A stretch of 64,000 nucleotides of DNA from Deltaproteobacteria bacterium. Lineage in GTDB: Bacteria > Myxococcota_A > UBA796 > SXON01. Under the pieces are notes generated by a model. That model was not told the origin of the DNA. It worked only from the letters and a program-made list of their open reading frames with translations, and ran no database searches. The stretch is taken from contig BJHF01000021.1 of the NCBI GenBank assembly GCA_014191855.1, forward strand, positions 3,293 through 67,292. The letters run 5' to 3'. This document shows, in pieces, positions 1 to 8,766 of this stretch (positions are counted from its first letter, which is position 1; the number at the start of each line of letters is the position of its first letter). The translations under genes were made by a program, and so were the position numbers.

Positions 1-905
1 CATGGCCCGCTTCCGAGCGCCGCCTCCTCGACGAAAAGCGGGATCGTCGCGACGGCAGAGGCCCGTGCGGGCACGCGGAGCAACACGCTGGTGTTGCCGG
101 TGCCGTCGTCGGCGGCGCGGACGCGTGGCCGAAACGCGGGGTCGGGCGCGCCGTCGGGGCCGAGGATGCGAGAGCGCACGACGACATCCATCGGCGATGT
201 ACCCGTGTTTTCGAGGTGGATCGCGGTCCAGGCCCAGGCCGTGAACTCGTCGCGGGCGCGCACGCCCAGCGCGCTGCGGTCGAGCACGGCGCGCCACCAG
301 GGCGAGGGCAGCGTCACCCGACCGGTTGGCCGGACCAGATCGGCGATCCCGGTTTCGGTGGCCGGGAAACCGATGTCGGAGACGACAAGCTGCCGGGCCG
401 CCGCCGCCAACGTGAGTCGATCCACCGAGACTCCGAATATAGGTCCGTCGGAGAGGCCGTTTTGCATCAACAACGCGGCGCCGGTTCCGCCGACCTCGAA
501 CGAGCCCGTCGCGTCTCCGTGCCGGTAGCGCGCCCAGGTCGTCGCCCCTTCAATCAGGGTGACCCGCGCCATCTCACCGGGGCGAACATGCTGCGGCGGC
601 GCACCCAGCGGCACCTCGATCTCTACGGTGGCCTCCGGATCGCCCACGTCAACCTGCACATCCGCCCACGCGCCCCCCGCGACGACGTGGACGGTCACCG
701 CTCCGACGGTACCGGGCGGAAGGGCGACGGTCGTAGTGTCCGCCGCGGCCGCACCCCGGGCGAGCGGCACCCCGGCAGCATCCAGCAACTCCACGGAGAA
801 GCCGGGGCGCGAGGCGGCGATCGTGACGGTCCGACCGTTGAGTTCAGCGGTGGCAGTGAGCGGGGCGGGCGCGCAGGCGGCGAGGAGAATGAAGACAGGG
901 TTCAC
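1..905 (-). CDS. lipoprotein of unknown function (C-terminal part lies beyond window start)
   Basis: Not in the ORF track because there is no stop in the window. Manual minus-strand translation from GTG 905 gives VNPVFILLAACAPAPLTATAELNGRTV... (lipobox LLAAC). It stays open to position 1 with strongly G/C-biased third positions. GTGA start/stop overlap with the upstream CDS. Confidence 0.6.
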   Translation of the reverse strand, partial: MNPVFILLAACAPAPLTATAELNGRTVTIAASRPGFSVELLDAAGVPLARGAAAADTTTVALPPGTVGAVTVHVVAGGAWADVQVDVGDPEATVEIEVPLGAPPQHVRPGEMARVTLIEGATTWARYRHGDATGSFEVGGTGAALLMQNGLSDGPIFGVSVDRLTLAAAARQLVVSDIGFPATETGIADLVRPTGRVTLPSPWWRAVLDRSALGVRARDEFTAWAWTAIHLENTGTSPMDVVVRSRILGPDGAPDPAFRPRVRAADDGTGNTSVLLRVPARASAVATIPLFVEEAALGSGP

Positions 906-2434
906 CGAAACAACCCCACCCGATACGCCCCGGCCACCCCGCCATCGCCCGTCGGGTAGGGCGACTCCGCCAGCGCGATCACCCCTTCGACCGAGACCGC
1001 CTGCCGAAAAAACACCGGCCCCTCCGTCGAGCACGTCGCGAGCAGGCGAGCCTCCCCTCCCCGCGCCTCCCCGCCGAGATCAAAGATCAACGCCCCATAC
1101 AGGTCGCGCCGGTTGTCGGTCATCCGCTCGCCCGCGCCCACGACCAGCGTGCGACCGTCGGGCGCCAGCGTGAGCCCCTGAACCGCCCATGGCCCGTGAA
1201 AACTCCAGCGCGGAGTGCCGTCGAGGCCCACCACCCACAAACCGTTCTCATTCGGGTGCGCGGTGGGGGGGCGGAGGTCGGGCGCAGCGGCGCCCCAGGG
1301 GATGTTGGTGCCAGAGGTCAGGTACACCGCCTCATCTTCGCGGAGAAAGCCGTGGCCAACACTGGCCGCGATCGGCACGTCGCCGGCCAGCACCGGCGAA
1401 CCGCCCGCCAGGGTGATCCGCACCGTCCCATCCAGCCCGCCGAACACCACCCGCCCGTCTCCAAGGCCGAGCATCACCGTGTCGTGGGCCACGTCGACAT
1501 CCTGCGCCTGCCACACGTAGGTCGTCGTAAACCAGGGTGTGAGCGGCGAAACCACCAGCGACCCTGCGGGTGCGAGGGAATCGAGCGCCAGGAGTTGGAG
1601 CCCCCCGATGGGCAGTCCGGCGGGGTCGGGTCCCGACGCGCTCCGCGTCACCGGCACCGCAATGCGTTTGCCCGGGACGTCCACTTCGGGGTGCAGGATG
1701 ACCATGTCCCCGGGTTCGTCCGGCCAGGCCGCGCGGAGCGAGCCGTCCGCACCGAACCGAACGACTTGCGAGCGATTGGCCCGCGTTCCCGACGCATCCG
1801 TCCAGCCGTGCGCGGCGGCGACAAGCAAGTCACCCCCCGGCAACACGTCGAGCCCGTAGATGCCGGGCAGGGTGTACACGCCATAGAGGTCTTCGCCGGC
1901 CGGCAGCGCGGAATGTCCCACCCGATCGGCAAGATCGACCGTCCACCGATCGACGAGCGTCCCGGAATCGAGCGCGTGCAACGTCGCGTCCGGAGACTGC
2001 TCCCCTGCGTAGAGCGTCGCGCCGTCCTCCGACCACGCCACCCGCCGCACCATCGCCTCCGCGAGCTGCCGTCGCGCCACAACAGCCCGCGTCGCGACGT
2101 CCACCACGACCACCTCACCGCCGAAGCTGCCGATCGCCAGTCGCGACCCGTCGGGCGAAAAGGCGAGGTCCGTGTCTGGCGCCGGTGCCCCGGCCACGAC
2201 CATGCGCGACATGTCGCCGAGCGGGACTGAACCCAATGCGACACACTCCGCCAACTTGGGCGCCACCGTGGTCACGCCCGCCACCGTCACCGATTCACCA
2301 GGTTTCCATTCCATCTCAACGAGGTGTCCAGCCGCATCGAGCACCCCTCCGCGCACGAAATGCAAAGCCGCCGGAGCGCTGCCCGGCACCTCGTCAACCG
2401 CGCACGCCATCGTGAGCCAGACCAGCACGCTCAT
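902..2434 (-). CDS. beta-propeller (WD40/PD40-like) lipoprotein
   Basis: ORF 902..2461. Start moved to ATG 2434 (MSVLVWLTMAC lipobox; ATGA overlap with the upstream stop). Blade-like repeats: DGSRLAIGSFGGEVVVVD, WSEDGATLYAGE, LAPDGRTLVVGAGE. Confidence 0.75.
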   Translation of the reverse strand: MSVLVWLTMACAVDEVPGSAPAALHFVRGGVLDAAGHLVEMEWKPGESVTVAGVTTVAPKLAECVALGSVPLGDMSRMVVAGAPAPDTDLAFSPDGSRLAIGSFGGEVVVVDVATRAVVARRQLAEAMVRRVAWSEDGATLYAGEQSPDATLHALDSGTLVDRWTVDLADRVGHSALPAGEDLYGVYTLPGIYGLDVLPGGDLLVAAAHGWTDASGTRANRSQVVRFGADGSLRAAWPDEPGDMVILHPEVDVPGKRIAVPVTRSASGPDPAGLPIGGLQLLALDSLAPAGSLVVSPLTPWFTTTYVWQAQDVDVAHDTVMLGLGDGRVVFGGLDGTVRITLAGGSPVLAGDVPIAASVGHGFLREDEAVYLTSGTNIPWGAAAPDLRPPTAHPNENGLWVVGLDGTPRWSFHGPWAVQGLTLAPDGRTLVVGAGERMTDNRRDLYGALIFDLGGEARGGEARLLATCSTEGPVFFRQAVSVEGVIALAESPYPTGDGGVAGAYRVGLFR

Positions 2435-2765
2435 GGCGAGCCCCGCGAGTCCACGTCCCACGTCGGCGTGTTCCAGTCGATCGTTGTGTAGTCGTCACAC
2501 GTCGCTTCTTCCGCCGCGAACAGCGCGGCGCGTTCTTCACACACCGCGTCCGTCGCGCCCTCCTGCCCAGCCTCCACCTCAAGCTGGCGTTGCTCCCAGC
2601 TCCAGGTGGCGCAGGCGTCCAAAAAATCGTCCTCATCGGCATACGCGGCCGCTTCCCAGTCCGCACCCCACGTGGAGAGGCAGCCGCCGTACAAGTCGGC
2701 GGCCGCCTCACACATCGCAACGCACGGATCAGGGGCCGTCGCGCAGCCGAGGAGGAACCAAATCA

Positions 2766-2766
<1 letters not shown>
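2431..2766 (-). CDS. small acidic Cys-rich lipoprotein (111 aa)
   Basis: C-terminal 111 codons of ORF 2431..3255. GTG 2766 is the only in-frame start after the upstream TAG (TAGTG overlap). VIWFLLGCATAPDPC lipobox plus 6 further Cys. High GC3. Confidence 0.6.
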
Positions 2767-3935
<1,169 letters not shown>

Positions 3936-3970
3936 GGGATGGTCCTTGGGTTGGGTGTGAACGAATGCGC

Positions 3971-6205
3971 TCAAAGCTCCCAGCGCGCGCTGAACATCAG
4001 CGTGCGACCGGGAAGGGGGTAGCCAGCAAAATCGGTGACGGCGGAGACCGCGCGCGAAGTGTCGGTCGGATCGGCGGGGTTCCGTGGAACCACCTCGGTG
4101 ATCGTGTCGGTGAGGTTGAGCACGGCCACTTCCACGTTTGGCCACTTTGGGGTTGGCTGGGTGCGCACAAACAGCCCGTGGATTGACCTCGGCGCGCTCT
4201 GATACAGGTTGCCCGCATCCCAGTAGTTCGGCGCGGTGTAGCTGAAGGTATGCCCCACCCGCACCCGCTCCTGCCAATGTACCGAGGTGCTCTGCCAAAC
4301 CGCGAGCGGCGGCGTCCGGGGCAGCTCGTTGTTCACGGTGTTGGAGCCCACCGTCAGGTTGCGGGAAAGCTGCCAGGTCACGTTGGTCTCGCTGTCGAGC
4401 ACCGAGAAGGCGCCGAGCACCAGCGCCCCTTCAACCCCCTGAACCCACGTGTCCCCAAAATTGACCGGCGTGAAGGACTTCTGGCTGTTCTGCACCCATA
4501 CGATCCGGTCCTCGCTCACCAACCAGAACGCGGCGGCGTCGAACGTACCGGTGATCGCCCAGGAAGTGGGCGCTTCGATCCGCGTGCCGACGTCGGCTTG
4601 CCAGCCAGTCTCCGGAAGCAGCTCCGAATTGCCCTCCAACGTACCGTGGTTGCCGAACATCTCCACCAGATCGGGCGGGCGAAAATAGCGACCGCCGTTC
4701 CCCTTGAGCGCGAGCCATCGCGTGGGCCGGACGAGCACGCCCAGGCGCGGGTTCACGGCACCCACAAACGGAGCTGCGTCCGCGGCGGACCCGCTCTGAG
4801 ACGCAGAGGACCCGCCCAGCTCCCGATTGTCGATCCCTTCGAGCGCCACGACGGGCGAGAGCGTGAGCCGCTCTGCGAAGAGTCGGAGATCGGCGGACAA
4901 CGCCACGCTCCCCGCGAGCCTCGTTCGCTCGGGCTCGGACTGGTCGCCAGCCAGGTCGTTGATGGTGATGGACTCGCTCCGCACCCCGATCGTCGCATTC
5001 GGCTGGATCCACGCCGCCGGGGCCCAACCGGCGTTCAGCCGCATACCCGCCGTGCCCAGCTCGTCCAGCTCGTGGCGGTGGGTGCCGTCGAGCTGGCCGC
5101 TCTCGTCCACCAGCTCCTCGGCTCGCCAGAGGTGCCACAGCGTCGCCGTCCCGGCCCAGGTCGATCCGCAGCCTTCAAGCTGGGCCACGCTCAGATTTCT
5201 CGTCGTGGTGAGCCGCGCTTCGTCGGCCGGGAGGTTGGCGGTGCCCGGCAGCCCCTCGTCGCGGAACAAGGGCACGTCGGCCAGGGAGAGCCGCCAATCG
5301 CCAAGCACGGCCCGGCCCCGGGCGAACCCCGAGAATTGCAGCTTGTCGTTGTTCCCGCGCCGCTCAACGTGGTCGTCGAGCACGTTGTAGATGGTGCTGT
5401 TGTCCGCAAAATACTCGAAGTCGTCGCGAGTGCTGAGGGCGTCGAAGAAGAGCTGGCCAGAGAGGGGTCGTGTGCCCCCCTCCGGCCTTCGGCCACCTCC
5501 CCCCGCTTCGGCGGGGGGAGGAGAAAGCGCACCGGCCCCGTACACGTCCCCCCGGGCCGTGTCCCAGCTCCCGAAGGCCACACCGCCTCGACCGCCGCTC
5601 CCTTCGCGCGTCACCAGGTTCACCACGCCGCCTATCGGCGAGGCCCCGAAGCTCACGGGGGCGTTCCCCCGCCACACCTCGATCCGCGAGAAAGCGCCCA
5701 GCGGAAGCTCACTCAGGTTCACGACGTCCGCCCCGTCCGGGTTGAGCGGCACCCCGTCGAGGAACACTTCCACTTGCCGCAAACTCGCGCCACGGATGCT
5801 CACCGCCGCAAAGTCGCCCAGCCCTCCCAGCCGCTGCACGTTGGTACCGGCGGCGCTGTCGATCATTGCGGCAACATCAGCGCTCCCCGCGGTTCGAGCG
5901 TCGGGAGTCAACACCGTCACCGAAGCGCTGGTGGCCGACGGATTCGGCCCCGCCGGACGCTCCGCCGTTACGACGATTTCTTCGTTCGCGGGTACGGGCA
6001 CAGGCGGCGCGCCCACCGTCGCAAACGCGGGGTCGGCCGGAGGGACGGAATCCTCGGCGTAGGCGGCGGCGATGGCGAACAAGCAGAACACGGCGCTCCG
6101 AGGGAGCAGCCGGGGCGAATTCGCGCGGATCCGGGACGGGATCCAGGCGGACGCGGTATCCCGGCTCCGGGGATGGGGCGGTGAGGCCCCGAGCGTCCAT
6201 CCCAC
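3971..6205 (-). CDS. TonB-dependent outer-membrane receptor, BtuB-like (riboswitch-controlled)
   Basis: 744-aa ORF. TonB-box/plug region: EEIVVTAER, VTVLTPD, NVQRLGGLGDFAAVSIRGASLRQVEVFLDGVPLN, IEVWRGNAPVSFGASPIGGVVNLVT. Long beta-barrel body. GTG 6205 has GGGAGA 7 nt upstream, inside the B12 box of the riboswitch. The exact start is uncertain. Confidence 0.88.
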   Translation of the reverse strand: MGWTLGASPPHPRSRDTASAWIPSRIRANSPRLLPRSAVFCLFAIAAAYAEDSVPPADPAFATVGAPPVPVPANEEIVVTAERPAGPNPSATSASVTVLTPDARTAGSADVAAMIDSAAGTNVQRLGGLGDFAAVSIRGASLRQVEVFLDGVPLNPDGADVVNLSELPLGAFSRIEVWRGNAPVSFGASPIGGVVNLVTREGSGGRGGVAFGSWDTARGDVYGAGALSPPPAEAGGGGRRPEGGTRPLSGQLFFDALSTRDDFEYFADNSTIYNVLDDHVERRGNNDKLQFSGFARGRAVLGDWRLSLADVPLFRDEGLPGTANLPADEARLTTTRNLSVAQLEGCGSTWAGTATLWHLWRAEELVDESGQLDGTHRHELDELGTAGMRLNAGWAPAAWIQPNATIGVRSESITINDLAGDQSEPERTRLAGSVALSADLRLFAERLTLSPVVALEGIDNRELGGSSASQSGSAADAAPFVGAVNPRLGVLVRPTRWLALKGNGGRYFRPPDLVEMFGNHGTLEGNSELLPETGWQADVGTRIEAPTSWAITGTFDAAAFWLVSEDRIVWVQNSQKSFTPVNFGDTWVQGVEGALVLGAFSVLDSETNVTWQLSRNLTVGSNTVNNELPRTPPLAVWQSTSVHWQERVRVGHTFSYTAPNYWDAGNLYQSAPRSIHGLFVRTQPTPKWPNVEVAVLNLTDTITEVVPRNPADPTDTSRAVSAVTDFAGYPLPGRTLMFSARWEL
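5474..5522. repeat. GC-rich palindromic element, copy 1 (in frame inside the TonB receptor CDS)
   Basis: GCCCCCCTCCGGCCTTCGGCCACCTCCCCCCG (32 nt) is identical to 24079-24110. It is followed by the hairpin closure CCTCCCCCCGC-ttcg-GCGGGGGGAGG. Confidence 0.85.
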
Positions 6206-6350
6206 GATCCGGTCTCCCGGCTTACGGCCATTGTTCCTGCCACCTTCCCAGGTTTCCCCAGTGGTGTGTCGGCAGGACGTGGACCGATCACGGTTGCGGG
6301 CCAGCGCCGGAGTTTCACCGGCTTCCCTCGACCGTGGGTTGGTGAGCGGC
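6206..6350 (-). promoter_or_regulatory. cobalamin (B12) riboswitch
   Basis: The minus strand reads GGTCGAGGGAAGCCGGTGAAACTCCGGCGCTGGCCCGCAACCGTGA ... CACCACTGGGGAAACCTGGGAAGGTGG ... GTAAGCCGGGAGACCGG. This matches the conserved AGGGAA-GGTGAAA-TCC core, the CCACTG/GGGAAGG pairing and the B12 box (AGCCGGGAGACC at 6209-6223). It sits directly 5' of the TonB receptor start. Confidence 0.85.
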
Positions 6351-6410
6351 GGTTAGTCTGCCTGCGCCGGGCGGGCAAGCGTGCATCGGCGGATTTGGTG
6401 AGCCGGGCCG

Positions 6411-6569
6411 TCAGTCTCCGATGTACGACATCACCGAGAGCCCCCCGACGAGTACGGCTCCGGGCACAACCGGCAGCGCGGCCGGAACGCACACCCACAT
6501 CCACGGCCGTTCCGACCGCCGTCGCCCAACGAAGATGCCGATCCACATCCCAACGCGGAGGATGGCCAT
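6411..6569 (-). CDS. possible small membrane protein (52 aa)
   Basis: ATG 6569 inside ORF 6411..6713. MAILRVGMWIGIFVGRRRSERPWMWVCVPAALPVVPGAVLVGGLSVMSYIGD has two hydrophobic segments. GC3 is high; the upstream part of the ORF looks like Arg-rich shadow. No homology recognised. Confidence 0.3.
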   Translation of the reverse strand: MAILRVGMWIGIFVGRRRSERPWMWVCVPAALPVVPGAVLVGGLSVMSYIGD

Positions 6570-6604
6570 GGTGCGGGCGTAACGCTCCGTCCGTAGCGAT
6601 CTCC

Positions 6605-7432
6605 TCACCTCGGAAGCACGCGGCGGCGCTCTTCCCACGCGATCAGGCCGTCGCTCGCTTGGAACGGCACGTCGTCGCGCAACGGGCGAACGGCGCGCAC
6701 GTCGAGCTGGCACCTCAAGGCGGCGAGCAGCTTCGCGTCCGCCGACGCGGCTCGATGGCGACGCCCCGAGCTCAGCGCCACGCCAAGCAGGGCCGCGGCC
6801 TCCTCAGGCTCAAGCCCCACTTCGGCGGCGAGGTGCGCAGCCACGACGGTAACCTCGGTGGTGTCATGCTCGCGGCCCGCCAACCCCGACCGGGCGATCA
6901 CCGCGCTCGCGCTGTCGGCGAGGTGTTCGCGCAGGAGCGCCGGGGTCCGCTTCGTCTCCACGACGTCGCCCCATCCAGCGAGCTCGCGGAGATGATCTCC
7001 GTTGATCCGTGGCAACACTGCACGCACCCGCCCGGCGGTGGCGCTCCCGATCACGCGGGCGCCAAGGAGGTCGGGCAGGTTCGTGTTCTCACGCCACGGG
7101 TCCGGCGGGACGCCGTGACGCTGATCGTTACAAAGCACGTACTCAAACGCCGAGCTCAGGTGATCGCCGCCGTGGATGTCGGAGATGGAGGCGGAGGGAA
7201 GCCTGGCCCGCAGGGCGCGCCCCAGGGAGGCGGAAAGCGCCTGCGCCAAGCGGCCAGTCCGCGCCCGATTGGCGAGCAGGAGTAGGTGCACGTGGGTGTC
7301 CGAGATGTGGAAGGCGAGCAGCGCCGCGCCCGCAGTGGCGACGATCGCGCGCACGACGCGGCGAACCGTCGCCCGATCTCGGGGGAACACCGTGCGCCTG
7401 GGGCTGCGAAAAACAAGCTGGTATGCATCCAT
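6605..7432 (-). CDS. RAYT-like / IS200-type Y1 HUH transposase-domain protein with C-terminal extension
   Basis: ORF 6605..7501. HUH motif HISDTHVHLLL. Catalytic-Tyr region SSAFEYVLCNDQRHGV (compare YIxxNPxxxG of IS200/RAYT). Start moved to ATG 7432 (MDAYQLVFRS) because the 23 codons upstream have poor GC3 and ATG 7501 lies in a hairpin loop. No TnpB, no second copy and no IS ends were seen. Confidence 0.65.
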   Translation of the reverse strand: MDAYQLVFRSPRRTVFPRDRATVRRVVRAIVATAGAALLAFHISDTHVHLLLLANRARTGRLAQALSASLGRALRARLPSASISDIHGGDHLSSAFEYVLCNDQRHGVPPDPWRENTNLPDLLGARVIGSATAGRVRAVLPRINGDHLRELAGWGDVVETKRTPALLREHLADSASAVIARSGLAGREHDTTEVTVVAAHLAAEVGLEPEEAAALLGVALSSGRRHRAASADAKLLAALRCQLDVRAVRPLRDDVPFQASDGLIAWEERRRVLPR

Positions 7433-7548
7433 GCGCCGCCGTGGAGCAAGCGGCGTGCCATTGGATGAACCAGCTTTTTTCACCGCCGCAGTGACGGACA
7501 TCCGTCAGTGTCCGCCGACGTCCGTCAGTAGAGCCGCGTCAAGGGGGG

Positions 7549-7563
7549 TGGCACGTTTTTTGG
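7549..7563 (+). promoter_or_regulatory. sigma-54-like -24/-12 element pointing into the repeat array
   Basis: TGGCACGTTTTTTGG matches TGGCAC-N5-TTGC(A/T), with the final C replaced by G. The predicted start is near 7575, where the first (partial) repeat unit begins. Confidence 0.3.
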
Positions 7564-7569
7564 GCGGGG

Positions 7570-8755
7570 AGGGGCGCTCGTTGGCGAAGGCGCCGGCCTC
7601 CACGCGAGGTCGACGCCGTTTCAACCGCGAAACGGCCCCGGCCCACCGCGCAACCGCTCACAACGGGCAGGGCGACCGCGCCCCTCGGGCGTTGTGAGCG
7701 TTGGCCGACTGTGTCGCGACAGTAGAACGCGCGCACGCGACCCCAGGCGCCTGCGCCCAAGCGAGATCGACGCCGTTTCAACCGCGAAACGGCCCCGGAC
7801 CCCGTGAAAGGCCCCTTCCCCACCGCGAAACCGCTCACAACCGGCGGGGCGACCGCGCCCCTCGGGCGTTGTGAGCGTTGGCCGATTGTGTCGCGACACC
7901 AGAAGGCGCGCCGGCCGCCTCCGGCGCTGGCCTGCACGCGAGATCGAAGCCGTTTCAACCGCGAAACGGCCCCGCCCCACCGCGCAACCGCTCACAACGG
8001 GCAGGGCGACCGCGCCCCTCGGGCGTTGTGAGCGTTGGCCGACTGTGTCGCGACAGTAGAACGCGCGCACGCGACCCCAGGCGCCTGCGCCCAGCGAGAT
8101 CGAAGCCGTTTCAACCGCGAAACGGCCCCGCCCCACCGCGAAACGGCCCCGCCCCACCGCGAAACGGCCCCGCCCCACCGCGCAACCGCTCACAACCACG
8201 GGGGCGACCGCGCCCCTCAGGCGTTGTGAGCGTTGGCCGGCGGTGTCGCGACAATAGAACGCGCGCACGCGACCCCAGGCGCCTGCGCCCAAGCGAGATC
8301 GACGCCGTTTCAACCGCGAAACGGCCTCGGCCGCCGCGAAACGGCCCCGCCCCACCGCGAAACCGCTCACAACCGGCGGGGCGACCGCGCCCCTCGGGCG
8401 TTGTGAGCGTTGGCCGGCGGTGTCGCGACAATAGAACGCGCGCACGCGACCCCAGGCGCCTGCGCCCAAGCGAGATCGAAGCCGTTTCAACCGCGAAACG
8501 GCCCCGCCCCACCGCGCAACCGCTCACAACGGGCAGGGCGACCGCGCCCCTCGGGCGTTGTGAGCGTTGGCCGACTGTGTCGCGACAATAGAACGCGCGC
8601 CGGCCGCCTCCGGCGCTGGCCTGCACGCGAGATCGAAGCCGTTTCAACCGCGAAACGGCCCCGCCCCACCGCGCAACCGCTCACAACGGGCGGGGCGACC
8701 GCGCCCCTCGGGCGTTGTGAGCGTTGGCCGACGGTGTCGCGACAATAGAACGCCC
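7570..8755. repeat. tandem array of 7 composite 156-199 bp hairpin-rich repeats, plus a degenerate partial copy
   Basis: Unit starts are 7618, 7775, 7952, 8108, 8307, 8484 and 8641, each beginning GTTTCAACCGCGAAACGG. Each unit contains hairpin GCCGTTTC/GAAACGGC, long hairpin CGCTCACAACG/CGTTGTGAGCG, palindrome TGTCGCGACA, and one of two alternative tails. There is an internal 21-nt mini-repeat present 1-3x. Confidence 0.95.
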
Positions 8756-8766
8756 GGCCACGCCCC

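Noticed and set aside
7570-8755. CRISPR array hypothesis for the tandem repeats
   Set aside because: The whole 156-199 bp unit is repeated, and there are no unique spacers between short direct repeats. No cas genes are in the window. The variable parts are just two alternative tails and a 21-nt mini-repeat copy number.
6605-8755. Calling the RAYT-like gene plus repeats an IS200/IS605 insertion sequence or mobile element
   Set aside because: There is no TnpB, no recognisable left and right subterminal ends bracketing the gene, and no second copy in the window. The repeats are tandem on one side only. A domesticated RAYT with a REP-like array is the more conservative reading.
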